A stretch of DNA of 51,779 nucleotides, counting the filler, from Sphacelaria rigidula (lineage: Eukaryota): assembly GCA_964200075.2 (NCBI GenBank). It is 4 parts of 4 records of this genome, joined end to end, with 100 filler letters (N's around TTAATTAATTAA, not from the genome) between each part and the next. Parts side by side here need not be neighbours in the genome. Positions count along the whole stretch, not along the records: positions 1 to 12,875 come from CAXNAA020003344.1; 3 more parts are not named here. One strand, 5' to 3'. Every line of letters starts with the position of its first letter. The stretch's first letter is position 1. Under the pieces are notes generated by a model that saw only the letters and a list, made by a program, of their open reading frames with translations, was not told the DNA's origin and did no database searches. Positions 1-11,729 of the stretch are shown piece after piece. Position numbers and translations under genes: made by a program.

Positions 1-650
1 TCATCACGAGTCAACTTATTATACTAAAACCAAGTAATTTCCTGACGAATCATTATTTGTCCTAACCGTGAATTGTTTTACTGGCTCATATAGCCTAATC
101 CAAGTTCAACATCCCTAACACGAGTACTCCGCGTCTGTGCCAGGCGATCTGCATGGTGAACCATCCAGGCGTCCCACGATTGTCAATCTTCTTACCTCAT
201 CGCTGTACTGGCTACTCTCGTGTAGAGGGATCATTTTTCACGGTGTAAGATTCAACGACGGCTTGCATGACACAAATTCTTTCTCACACTCGGGATGTTC
301 CCCCGTACATTTATGTTTTCCCATTCCATGTACGGTTCACCACGGGTCGCTACCCCACTAATGCTTCCGAGTAGACGTTCGCTATCGACAGCTTGACCTA
401 CGATTCCCCTACATTTTATTCCGGTTTCTGTCCTTCAAGACCTCAAAATATCTGCGTACCGCTTGGTGCTCCTTCTTTTTGGTCATTTGGTCGGTCGTTG
501 GCAAGGTATTTATTTCGTGAGTGCAGTAGGTCTTGACGTTCAAGCCATGCCTATCATTCGCCCCTTCAAATAATTTGAAACCTGTGCACCTGAGGTCGGA
601 GATTTGGGGAAGATAACTGACGGGATTTCCATCGCCCAATGGAAATCGGT
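1..650 (-). mobile_element. Possible decayed LINE ORF2 C-terminus
   Basis: YLPQISDLRCTGFKLFEG...HGLNV followed by Cys-containing fragments, resembling the region before the LINE zinc knuckle. Heavily degraded. Confidence 0.3.
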
Positions 651-904
651 AAAGTTTTCCGTGTATCCCACCGCGGGACTCAATCTTGATGTGAATCTAA
701 CATGTCGGGGTGACCTTCATCTATCTGCACTTGTTTTATCTTTCCTGTGTTTTCGATTTTACATGCGAGGTGGTGAACCTTCAGGCCAATTTTTATATGT
801 CTGGGTTTTGTCGTTTGTTTCGTGTCTTACTTTTGTTGCGATATGGGGGACAGAAGCTCGATTGTTATCTCGTCTTGATATGAGGAAATAAAGATGGTGA
901 GTCC

Positions 905-1535
905 TATTGCTTCATGTCTATATCCGGTATGTGTTCTGGTTAATGCAAAGAAATATAGCGTCTTCATTTCATGTCTATGTCCGGTGTGTGTTCCAGTTTA
1001 TGCGAAGAAAAAGTTACCGACTTTTCAAATTTCATGTCTCGATCGGTCTGCGTTTTAGTTTGTGTAAAGGAAAATGCCCATCACCGTTATTTCATGTCTA
1101 TATCCGGTCTGTGTTCTGGTTAGTGTAAAGAAAATGTGCTGGCTCCTTTATTTCATTTTCTCGTCCGGTCTGTGTTCTGGTTGGTGCAAAGAAAGAATCC
1201 TTAGCTTCGTTAGTTCATGTCTACAGCTGGCCTGTGTTTTGGTGACGCACAGAAAAAAGTGTTAGCTTCGTCCTTCCACGTGTAAATGCTCTGGTTATGT
1301 AAAGAAAGAGATGTTCAGCTTCGTTATTTCATATCTATGCTCGGCCTGTGTTCTGACTGGTGCAAGGAAAAAATGGCTCGCTACGTTGTTTCGTGTCTAT
1401 GTCCGGTCTTTGTCCTCGTTGGTTAATCCAAAGGAAAGGATGGTTAGATTTGATATTTCATGTCTATATCCGGTCTGTCTCTAATAGAGGAGATCAAAAT
1501 TGGTTTCATTAGCGATTCCATGTCTAGTGTGTTGG
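905..1535. repeat. Degenerate ~60-bp minisatellite, ~11 units
   Basis: Recurring ttcatgtctatatccggtctgtgttctggtt..tg.aaagaaaa at ~58-62 bp spacing. Confidence 0.8.
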
Positions 1536-1588
1536 TATGGAGGGATTTTTATTGTATCATGTCGGCCTCTGGTGTGTGTAATACGACG

Positions 1589-1622
<34 letters not shown>

Positions 1623-1651
1623 GAACTATTTTAATATTGGGGGGCGGGGGG

Positions 1652-1715
1652 CGTACTCATTTGTTGCTTGCCTTGGTCGTTCGGCCATTCATCGCGCACC
1701 CATTTCGAGACGGAG
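1652..1715 (-). mobile_element. LINE family A 3' fragment
   Basis: cgtactcatttgttgcttgccttggtcgt...gagacggag, preceded by a G-run. Confidence 0.7.
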
Positions 1716-1958
1716 GGTGGGCAAAAGGAATGGTTTCAACGAGGCGGAGGCCGTCGTTTCATTCTTCCCCTGGTCTCCGAATCACGATTCGTTTTCCTAT
1801 ACGTACCGTGATAAATCGGTGAAGTTCACGATTTTGAAGGACTTGTCGGAACAAAACCGTGAAGCGTACGGTGCAGTTTTGGTAGACCTGTCGAAGAGCA
1901 AGGCGTACTGAACCGCTTATCGATATGCTCACACGTTTCGAATATTTTCCCTACTTAG

Positions 1959-4864
1959 GACAGCAATGCTGGACGAGCTGGACTTCCGCAAAGAGGCTGG
2001 AAACATCGCCAGCTTCACCGAGTTCCTGGATCGCGCGGGCATTACAGAGGCCGTCGCCCCAAAGGTGAGCAACGGTACTTCGCAAATGACATGAGTACGT
2101 GGGAGTAATACTCTCGGTGAGTGATATTATCGCCCACCAACACACTTCAACCCCGTTCGTTGTGGTTTCGAAAATATGTATTCTGCCTTTTCATGTTTTG
2201 TGTTGGAACAAGGATGTGTATATGTTTCGTTTTGTGCCGATGGCAGCGGAAGAGCGGTGGATTATGATGAAGGTGCCAAACGAGGAAAGAAAACCTTTTG
2301 ATTACGAGCTGGGCCGGACAAGACTCCGCCATACAGTCCACTTGCCATGCGCAGCGCATTTTTGTCGCTTTTCGGGTTGAGAATTTGACACCAGAAAGAC
2401 AACGCACAGGCCTACTTTCTATCTGGAATCAGATCATCCTCCCTCGCCCCCCCCCCGCCCCACCCCATTTCCGGACGATTCAATATTTTTGAGCTGTCTA
2501 CAACCACCTTGAAGTAATCGAAAAATGAAGTCGGAACCTGACTCCGGATCGAGGGTAGGGCCCATGTGTCGTCTATCTGGTGTAAAAATCCCACGCCGAA
2601 ATTCGAATTTTTCCCCCCGCACATGGATGTATTCGCGAAGACAGTGGTGGAGGCTATTTGCAAGTTGGAGAACTGCCGGCCGTGCTGACACGTCGCTTTG
2701 ATTGTGTAACGTAGCCCCACCATTCACTTGTCCTTTTCCTAATCGTATGAGATGGTGGAGACAGAAGTCCTCTCCCAACACTGATACATCGGAGGGCATC
2801 TCTCTGAGCGTGCGCAGCGTGCGCAGTTGATGTGAGCACAGAGCCGCAGCAGGGTATATCAAGCACAGACAGGAGGTTCCGCCGCATTTTGTCTCCATTT
2901 CGCACTTTGTTGAACCCAGTATATTCATGGGCACATTTTTTTTTTTTTCCATCACGACGCAGTCAAGTACATTACGAGCTGTCGGAAGACGCGTATGGCG
3001 ACCTCCCAATCGCAGGAATGTGTTCACCCGGCGATATCTCGCCGCCGGTCCCGAGAGATGTTTGGTGGAAGGAATATCAGCAGCTATGTCGGCCCAGCTC
3101 GTATGATGGAATGGGTTTGGTGCATGTGGTGTTATTCAGCGTCGTTTTCTCACGGTTGCCTGTCCTCCGAACAATTTCACTCTCCAGAGAATCTATGTGT
3201 TGGTTACGGTGGGTTAGTCGACACTCTCTTGAGTCGTCACCGTCCGTTACTGCTTCAAACACGGAACAAACGAAAATGAACTCATACACGCACGAACATA
3301 GGTTAACGAGAAGCTTAGCTCGGAGCGGCTGTTGGTGATGGAGCGCTTCAAAGGGGTACCCCTCACCGACCTGGAGGGTATCAGCCAGTACAGCAAGAAT
3401 CCGGAGGCCACTCTGATCACAGCCCTCAATACATGGAGCATGAGTGTCATGATGGCCGACTCCTTTCACGCGGTGAGGGAACACTCGTGGCAGTGCAGAA
3501 TAATGACGCGGGATTGTGCTGCGTTTCAAGGATGGGGTGGAATGGGCGGGAGGGGGGCAGAAGTGCGGGGGGGAGGGGGGGGGGCACGTCAGGAATGACG
3601 AAGGTATGTAGAATGATTGCGCAAGCGTATATTCATTGGTCGAATATCCATGTCTCTTGCGTCGCTAATAGTGAGCTTGTTGTCCCGAACCCCCATAGAG
3701 TGACACCACTATTTCCTACACATCAAACTTCGATTGAGTTGAAGTGAGATCTGGCAACGAGGAGTAGAAAAGCGAGCGATCAATACCTCGTATATCTTTA
3801 CTCGAAAAAATATCCAAGAGAAAACGACGGTTACAGGTTTTGTACACCGCGAGTGGTGTTATAGCTACAAGAACTAGTTCGCGTTGGGCTTCTACTGTAC
3901 ATGTGCTTCAATCGTGTTTGGGTTGTTTTAGACTTCTCTTTTTCTTCGAGGGTCTACACCTTACACTCGTTACGTTCACGTTTCACGTGAAAGTTCGTCA
4001 AAAGTCAAGCCAGGCTAGTACTGCGGTGGGGGACAACGTTGGGAGCCCTGATTTGACTTGATTTTTGACCTGGGCTCCCCACGTGGTCCCCGTCCCCCAC
4101 CGCAGTACGAGCCTGGCTCAACTTTTGACATGAAACGTGACACGACGTGACACTTGGCGGGTGTAACGTACAAACCAGTGTATTGTTTCGGTTCTACTTG
4201 ATGATATCGTTTTATCAGGGTTCATTCATCCTGCAGTGGCTTGCTGAAAAATCTCCCGGCTGCACGTGGTCGCGCGGAGGAAGTTACGTTTTGTCTGTTT
4301 CCTCTTGTCGTTTTCCCATGCCACTTGGATTGCCCCTGTCCGCGTCTGTATACGCAATACACGAGCAGGACGTTCATGCGGGAAACTTGTTGGTGCTGGA
4401 AGATGGGCGAGTGGGATTCATTGACTTTGGGATCGTGGGGCGCATTCCGCAAAGAGTATGGTCCTCTATAAGTGACCTCAGGTATGTCGAGATGCTACGC
4501 ACATAGAGATAGATCATCAAGAAATTTCATCTTCGTATGAAGAAGTTGTCATGAGCTGTGAGGTCGTCCGCAGGCTGCTGCTGGAATACCCTGGGTGGTT
4601 GCCGAAGAAGTGCATGTACCCCCAAACACCACCCTCTCTTGTCGTCGTCGTCGTCGTCGTCGTCGTCGTTGTTGTTGTTGTTGTTTTTGTTGTTGCTGTT
4701 GTTGTTGTCGTATATCGAGATACTACGCATATAGAGATCATCAACACATTTCATATACGTATGAAGAAGTTGTCATGAGCTGCGAGGTCATCCGTAGGCT
4801 GCTGCTGGAATACCCTGGGTGGTTGCCGAAGAAGTGCATGTACCCCCAAACACTTCCCTCTTTT

Positions 4865-4905
<41 letters not shown>

Positions 4906-5066
4906 TGTTGTTGTATATCGAGATGCTACGCATATAGAGATCGTCAAGATATTTCATATTCGTATGAAGAAGTTGTCATGAGCTGCAAGGTCATCCGCAG
5001 GCTGATGCTGGAATACCCTGGGTGGTTGCCGAAAAATTGCATGTACCCCCAAACACTTCCCTCTTT

Positions 5067-5109
<43 letters not shown>

Positions 5110-8100
5110 GTTGTTGTTGTTGTCGTTGTTGTTGTTGTCGTCGTCGTCGTTGTGTGCAAACCGATCGCGAATTGTTTGATGAGTGTGCTACGTCTCCGTC
5201 TCTGCACCTATACGTACTGAGTAGTCAAAAGTTCACCATTCCCTGTGCCGGCAATCTTGGTTGTGCCCCCGCCCGCCTCCCCTTCACTATCCTACACTCT
5301 CACCATCCCACACCTGCCCCTTCTCATCCCCGCCCCCTGCGCGGTACGCGAGCGCAGCAATGGCTTCGTAACCAACAACTATCGTCTAATGGCAGCATCT
5401 CTGGTGAAGATGGGAGCAGCGGACGGAGAAGTGAACCTGGATGCGTTCGCTTTTGACATCGAGCGCGTGATGGAACGCATCGGCTCCATGGAGGCCCAAC
5501 TGGACACCACCGCCGTAATTGACGAGGGGACCGGTCGGGTGTCATACGGAACTTCTGTAAACGTGGATCAAGAGGTGCGGGGGGGGGTGTACTCATGGTC
5601 TTGCATGTCATGATCATAATACCATCGACCTCGTATCCCTACAAAGCCGGGACGGAGAACGATGGGTTTTCGCCGCACCAGGCTCGCAATCGCCAACCGC
5701 GAAGCACCGTGATGCGTCCAGCGAGTCGCAGAAAGGGTGGGGGAGGAGGGGCGTACTCAGTTCTTACTTGCCTTGGTCATATGACCATTGACCACGCTCC
5801 CCGTCCGAGACGGAGCACTGTTCCTACTCCTAGAGACACCTACAACGTCTGGGCGCTCATTACGTTTTCTCCATACATCCCATGATAACCTTTTACATAT
5901 CTTGTCCCCTTCCTGTTTCGCCGTCTGTGACCACCATCTATCTCCTAGTGTAGCGATAGTTTTCTCGCTCCCATCTGGTGTATCGAACGATTTCATATGC
6001 CACTTTGATTTAGTTCCCACATTTCCTCCTCTAACACCTCCCGGTCCTCCTCGTACAGTTCATACTCTCCCACTTTATGAGGTCTACCCTGCATTTCCTT
6101 CTACAGGCGAAATTCTGTGCATTTACTTCCTTGCCCCCCGACTACTGGCGTATCTCCTCCTCTTTTCTGGCAGGTTCAGGTCCCCCACCCAAAATCGCAG
6201 TCTCGACTTGTTCACGTAATCCATTCAGCGGTGAGATTTTGTTCTCATCTCCATCCCTTTGCTCAACCCCCCGTGTATCTTGAGGTGCTCTTCCTCGTCT
6301 TCTTTTTTTGTTCGCGCTTGTTCCCCCCCTATTCCTATACTTTCGTTTACTTTCGTCTTGTACTCCCCACATTCACCTATGGACAGTATTTCGTCTTGGT
6401 TTCTTTCTATATTCTTTCATATTTTCTCGTCTACGCTATCCTACCTCATTCCGGCCTGCCCCTTCGTTTACTTTCTTTCATACAACCTTATCAACTATGG
6501 CGGGCAATATATCTCTTGGCATGTTCCTCGCGTAATGTTGCCATTTCAGTTTTCTCATGTCTCCATTTGTTCTGAGTGAGTACATTTTTCAAATCCGCTC
6601 TCGATACTGTGCAACTCGTCATTTTTTAGCAGTCAAATATTTTCTTGGCTGCTGTCGTCTGTACTGTTTCCAGCTTCTTTATCAACTTCGCGTTCCCTTT
6701 CCATACTTCTCCTGCATATTCTAGCTTCGGTAAAATCACATTCGTCAGAATACATATCTGAATCCTAGTATCGAGGCGGTACTGGGGAGGGGGGGGGGGG
6801 ACAGGGAATGAGTAGATGGTGATCTTTTCGTCAATGTTGTGTGGCAGTTTGCACCGAAAAAATGAATGCGAGGTGTTGCGGAGCTAGTAATGGGTTTTAG
6901 CGCTTTGACCTCCAGCATCGCTTCAGAACAGTTTCACCGACAGATAATCCAGGGGTTTGAATGTTCTTGACGAGGGGGCGTGGGGGCGTGCAGGTTTCCC
7001 GATTGTCACCGAATGCTCCCCAGATCAACCTTGCGTGTTTCAAGAGTTTGTTTAGGTCGGGCGAATGGCCTGGGGAGGGATCGTGTGACCATTTGAAAGT
7101 TCTGATTGGAATGGTCCTCAAGTTCCCCTTCAAATCGGCCAATAGCGCTCACACGTGGAGGTAAAGCTGCGTTTCATTATCTGGCCATCAACTATAGACA
7201 CACACGCACACACACAAGGGGGGTACTTTTGCTCTCTGCTCACTCTTCGCCGCTTACCCGTCCCCTCTGGTGTTGCTAACAGCTGCGCACTGTTGCGTAA
7301 CACGGAAGAGAGGTGGAACCAGAGTGAATGCGCCGTGTATAGCGGGGAGTATCCTGTTCTTTATCTGCCGCTGATGAAACAAAAAAAACAGTGTGTACTG
7401 TACACCAACATCACGGTGCCATAGAGCACGGCTTGAGATTATGTGACATGCAGCGTATCGTCAAAACGCGCAGGGGGTGTGCGAGCACGTCTTGAACATG
7501 CAGCGTATTATCAAAGCGTGCAGGAGGTGTGCGAGCACGTCTTGAACGTACCAAGATTGCCAAAGCAAGGCGGAGGGTATGTATGCTGCTTGAGTATATA
7601 GCAGCAGTAGTGGCAGCCAGCGTGCACCATTTACTTCGGCATACCAGTCTGTTCACTACTCAGCATGGAGGAACGTACACCCGCGTGGCTTGGCCAGAAA
7701 AAACAGGCATGGGTTCTCCTGAAGTCCCTTTTATGTGAACACTCAATGCCCACCAGTGCAGATGAATAGGCTTGTACGCGGCGAATATCTCCTCGACATT
7801 TCGTACGTTCTGATTTGATGTTTTTAATAGCAACTTCATAGTTAACTTTCTGTTTTTTCCATTCGTACACGACGGTAAGATATATATATATATATATTTA
7901 CATGTGTATATATATATATCTATGCTAGAGTTTCGGCGGCTTACGCCGCCACGCCGAATGGAACGAGTTTCAAGATACAGAGAACTGGCTGTGTTAACGT
8001 GTTTTTCGCGTGATCTGGTAAAATGAGAATGAGTGATTGCAGAGGGGGTGACCAGCCGCGGTGACAAGCTAAAGCGGCCAACAAACGACGAGGTGCGCGT

Positions 8101-9021
8101 TGACCCGAGAGAGTAGAGTGTCGAAACGGTCCGAATCCATCCACAGATATCCCACCGCTGAGAGAGCGATGCGTGGACGGACAGGTCATAGAATTCGTAG
8201 CTGGAACCGAGGAAAAATGAGGAGCTCATTGTCACCTTTGTGACCATTCTGGTGCTATTTCTCGCTATTTGCTCTCTGACGGCAAGGACATCACCCGGTT
8301 GCTGCTGGATATTGTCGGCGTGGCGGAAAACAACGGTCTTAAGCTTCCAAGAGAGTTCGGCATGCTCATCAAGCAGGTACAAAAACATGGCGAACTCCAC
8401 GTTGGCGGTGGCGTGCTCTGAATACGTCGAGCGTCTCGTGAAAAACCTCGGTGTATTTTCGAAGGTTGCGACGTGATCGTGTTTGCTGTCCCGTATCGTA
8501 TCTCCATCGTGGCGGCGTCCGTCCTTTTCGTTCCCCCGCTGCCCATTCCCTCCGATATCGATTTGAAGTAAATGTTTTTCGTGTTTATTGTTGTTCCTTT
8601 TGTCAACACCGTAGTGCAGGGTCGTATCACCTTCAAAGAGGAAAGTTTATACTTGGAGCATTTTTTGCACTAGCACGCCAACAAGAAGACGGGGATTTTG
8701 TAGAATATTGAAAAATGCACGTCCATGTTTTTTCATGCTTAGCTCTGCTGAGTACTCGTGGTAGGTAAACTAACCGCAAATGCCAGACAATCCGCGGATT
8801 TCCATGTCCGTTGCCAGTCGTACACAAACTGGTTCGATCAAGTTTTATTATAATTTCGCCCCCCTCCTCCCCTGCCCCCCTTTACCTCCTCCCCTCGCAC
8901 CGTGCAGGCGTTATACTTTGATCGCTACACGCGTTTGCTTGCTCCCGACTTGGACCCTCTGAGGGACGACAGAGTTACGTTGCCAAGTGGAGAGGGCCGC
9001 GTTGGAGCCCCGCTGCAATGA
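1959..9021 (+). CDS. ABC1/UbiB (aarF-domain) atypical protein kinase, similar to plastid At5g05200/ABC1K9; 3' portion, 6 exons, 5' end outside contig
   Basis: Manually spliced GT-AG exons 1959-2064, 3302-3472, 4369-4481, 5358-5574, 8287-8376, 8908-9021 (TGA) join in frame. Translation includes MLDELDFRKEAGNI, LVMERFKGVPLTDL, SFHA|DVHAGNLLVLEDGRVGFIDFGIVGRI, GLKLPREFGMLIKQ|ALYFDRYTRLLAPDLDPLRDDRV. These are the ABC1 motifs (ELDF..EA, HAD.H.GN, DFG) plus the YFDRYTRLLAP C-terminal motif recalled for the At5g05200 clade. Confidence 0.92.
2305..3101. mobile_element. Non-autonomous DNA transposon (Tc1/mariner-like MITE)
   Basis: TA|CGAGCTGGGCCG ... CGGCCCAGCTCG|TA: 12-bp TIRs with TA flanks. The same terminal motif recurs at ~22806 and ~38971-38986. 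Confidence 0.6.
3955..4165. mobile_element. Palindromic foldback/MITE
   Basis: gtcaaaagtcaagccaggctagtactgcggtgggggac pairs with gtcccccaccgcagtacgagcctggctcaacttttgac. Confidence 0.65.
4482..5153 (+). repeat. Three tandem ~205-240-bp units, each ending in (GTC)n(GTT)n
   Basis: Units start at 4482, 4710 and 4914 with gtat(g/a)tcgagat(g/a)ctacgca. They share a core cgtatgaagaagttgtcatgagctg...catgtacccccaaacac. Confidence 0.9.
5588..5733 (-). mobile_element. LINE family B 3' fragment ending ATGAGTACA + C-run
   Basis: Homologous to 26030-26078 and 49625-49702. It shares the (G)n-TGTACTCAT terminus with family A. Confidence 0.6.
5752..6782 (-). mobile_element. 5'-truncated LINE (family A), decayed ORF2 C-terminus ending TGAGTACG + C-run
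   Basis: Minus-strand translation, with frameshifts and stops: LDTRIQICILTNVILPKLEYAGEVWKGNAKLIKKLETVQTTAAKKI...SEKTIATLGDRWWSQTAKQEGDKICKR...WRKRNERPDVVGVSRSRNSAPSRTGSVVNGHMTKASKN*. PKLEYA..VW is the typical post-RT thumb motif of LINEs. G-runs flank both ends on the + strand. Confidence 0.8.
7447..7547. repeat. 50-bp tandem duplication
   Basis: acatgcagcgtat..tcaaa.cg.gcagg.ggtgtgcgagcacgtcttga occurs twice. Confidence 0.75.
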
Positions 9022-10095
9022 CGGAGTCTGCATCTGGATGTGTAGCTTCAGGCGCTGGCTGTCGTATGTGTAAAATCATCTTCTCGTCTCTTTTTCATGT
9101 CTACGTGTCTATATATGTATACATGCAATTCTTTTTCTGTGCAATTTCACGGAGATTGGTGACTGCACTTGCTCTCTGTCGCTCTCTTGGCAGCACTGTG
9201 TGGTTTCCTCCGTCTGCTTGAATTTGATTTGTGCAGTCTTCATCAACACGCTGACACAGACGAGGGATCATAACGCCGTCAAGTCAGAGAGGATCTTTGA
9301 CTCTAGAGTGACAAACATGAGCAAAATATGCCGGTATTTAGTGCGAGTAGTGCTTCGGGCCATGAAACGGGAGGGCTGTGGCTGAGATGAGAAAAAATAG
9401 ATGATACACTCTTATGCTTTATTCCATGTGTGTATATACTGGGCGCATGTGTGGTTTGTTCATTCCTGCCCCTAGCTTCGGAGGGCAGGGGTATCGAGAC
9501 AAGCATCAGCATTGATGTGTGTATTTAGTTGTATTTCTGTGCGTGTTTTTCTCTGGTTTGTGCAGTGCTTTATGGTTCGTCCGGTTCGAGGAGTGCAGTG
9601 TGTTGTGATTTGTGCATGAGGGTAGGGATGCTGGAGTATGAACACCTTGTGTGGTTGTGCACCGTATGCATCAACGTGAGTCGCATACCGTCTTTTTTCG
9701 ACTCTTCTTTTTTCGCGACTTAACCACGATTTGAAACACGCTGACCTAATTCTATCCGATGTGTGGACCGGCGGTCCGAACAGCATGAACGCTTCACCGG
9801 TATCGACCGTACACATGTTGATTGACAATTTGTTGAAGGGGAATCGCGCTGATGCCTACGTTGAACAAGACAGCGGTTTTTCAATGTGCACGAACAAATG
9901 CACGGATATACCCGTCGAAAAACTGTATTTTCCGCCAGCCCGCCCAGCTGCCATGGCCGAAGCTGCTTGCGTACCCCGAGCCTATTAGACAAAATGGATG
10001 AAATTTCGATGACCGCTTCAACCTCTCTAAAATGTTGAACCTCAAAATCGGATCCAGGCTGTTCACAGGATTTTTTTTTTAATTCTTTTTTTGGG

Positions 10096-10674
10096 CACGC
10101 TACCTTCCTTCTGCGGTGCTTGCATTTCGATTCACCGAGAGAAGAGTTTGGTGGTCCCTCCCCTCGTCGACCATAAAGTCGAACTTTGTGTACGCACAAC
10201 ATAGTCGCTCTCCACTCTAGCCGGTCGCCCCTGTGGCTCAGTTGGTAACCTCGACACCTTCTGCCGGTTGGGTCGCGGGTCCGAATCTCAGAACGATCTG
10301 GGATTTTTTCTCATGCCCAAAAATGGAGAGCGACTACGTCGTCGGTACCAAAATTCGACTCACTGGTCGACGATTGGAAGGGGCTGCTGAACTCCTCTCG
10401 CGATAAAACAGGAAGCCAAGCACCGCAGAAGGAAGGTAGAGAACCGAAACAAAACAAAAACGAAAGTTTCCTGTGTTGGCCTTCCGTCTGTGTGATCCCG
10501 GGTGGTGCGCCCACATAAACCGAAAGGTGTAGAATGGCGTCCAGAGTAGATGGGATGGCAACACACTCTTGAGCATGGTGTGAGGAAAAATCCCAGGTCG
10601 TCCCGAGATTCGAACCCATGTCCCAACCGTCAGAAGGTTTCGAAGTTACCATCTGAGCCACCGGGGCGACCGGC
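10096..10674. mobile_element. Two tRNA-derived SINE-like copies in nested antisense arrangement
   Basis: tRNA-like heads (A box TGGCTCAG(T/A)TGG, B box GGT(T/C)CGAATCTC) lie at 10220-10310 (+) and 10575-10674 (-). A body lies at 10311-10575 (+) and an inverted body fragment at 10096-10217. Same family as 14690-15068. Confidence 0.75.
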
Positions 10675-11729
10675 TACTGCTGGGTGTTCCTGAATACTAC
10701 CACCCCTGTAAAAACTTTCATACCGACACCCGACAGTTTTGTAAGTTCTGTAAGTCCATCACACCCTTGGTCGACAATTCTGCAAGGTCTGTAAGCCTCG
10801 CATAAGCCTAACCCGGGGTCAAGGTATACTCTTGTGCGTATATCCGATGCTGCAGATTCCAGGTACATGTCCGGGGGAAGTATGAATATTGATTCAATCC
10901 CTACGCAGTCTGATAACTTACATTTATTCCCTAACCCCCATCAATCAACCCCCCCTCGTTCACTCAAAACCATACACCCATCAAATTTTTTTTTTTCAAG
11001 TTTCGTACACTGACGGGTTACGCGGTACCGTGGAGTGGAAAAGCGAAACATGAAAAGCAATGCAGACCGTTTGGGTGGATCATTCCTAGACACGAGTGGT
11101 GGATAGAATGGGGGCGCTTCATCTGCGCCACCAGCGGTATCAAGTCGCGAGGTGCAGGTACTCGAATTTGATGGTGGTGGTGTCCAACCCTGTGTTGTGT
11201 AAGATACGGTTTGTTGTATACCCGGGGTACCTTGCCGGGTATTATCCCTTGCCGATAGTTGTGTGACTCCTGTAAGACTTTTACACCGGTACCCGACATC
11301 TCTGTAGCTTCTAACAGTGGATCCTAGATAATAGGGTTCATCTAAAAAATGAGGTTGAAGTGGCATTTCTCTTTTCCAGGGAAGACACGAAACACTTACA
11401 ACCGAGCGAAGCCATCTTCCCCCCCAAATTTCCGCAGCAGTTAAGCAGCTGTGGCCAGGTGCACCTAACGAATGCGGTGTACACGCGTGTCGATGACGAT
11501 ATCACCAGAGAGAGAAGCAACGACAGAGAGGAAGCTCCTCGCCCGTGTCCTTTGTGTGATCTCTCTCGGCAACTACCAATCGCTGGCGAAACTGGCATCA
11601 TCGATGTTATTATACCAGCATGTGCCAAATTTTCCATGTGCCAGAACATCGACGTGCGGAGAGATCCCGTCTCTTCTTGCCTGTCGCCAACGCGAAGATC
11701 GATTTCTCTCTGCCTCTCCTTTTGGACAG

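Noticed and set aside
905-1535. Regularly spaced repeats resembling a CRISPR array
   Set aside because: The units are degenerate along their whole length, the linkers are short and related to each other, there are no cas genes, and the context is eukaryotic.
7660-8400. 246-aa minus-strand ORF
   Set aside because: It is an antisense shadow of the ABC1K exon at 8287-8376 plus intronic (TA)n sequence, with no recognisable domain.
10220-10310. tRNA gene
   Set aside because: It has A/B boxes but a poor acceptor stem, three divergent copies, and an attached repeat body. It is a SINE-like head.
10677-11350. Region with recurring ctgtaag motifs, probably a dispersed non-autonomous repeat
   Set aside because: There is only one copy in the window, with no clear TIR or TSD, so boundaries and class cannot be supported.
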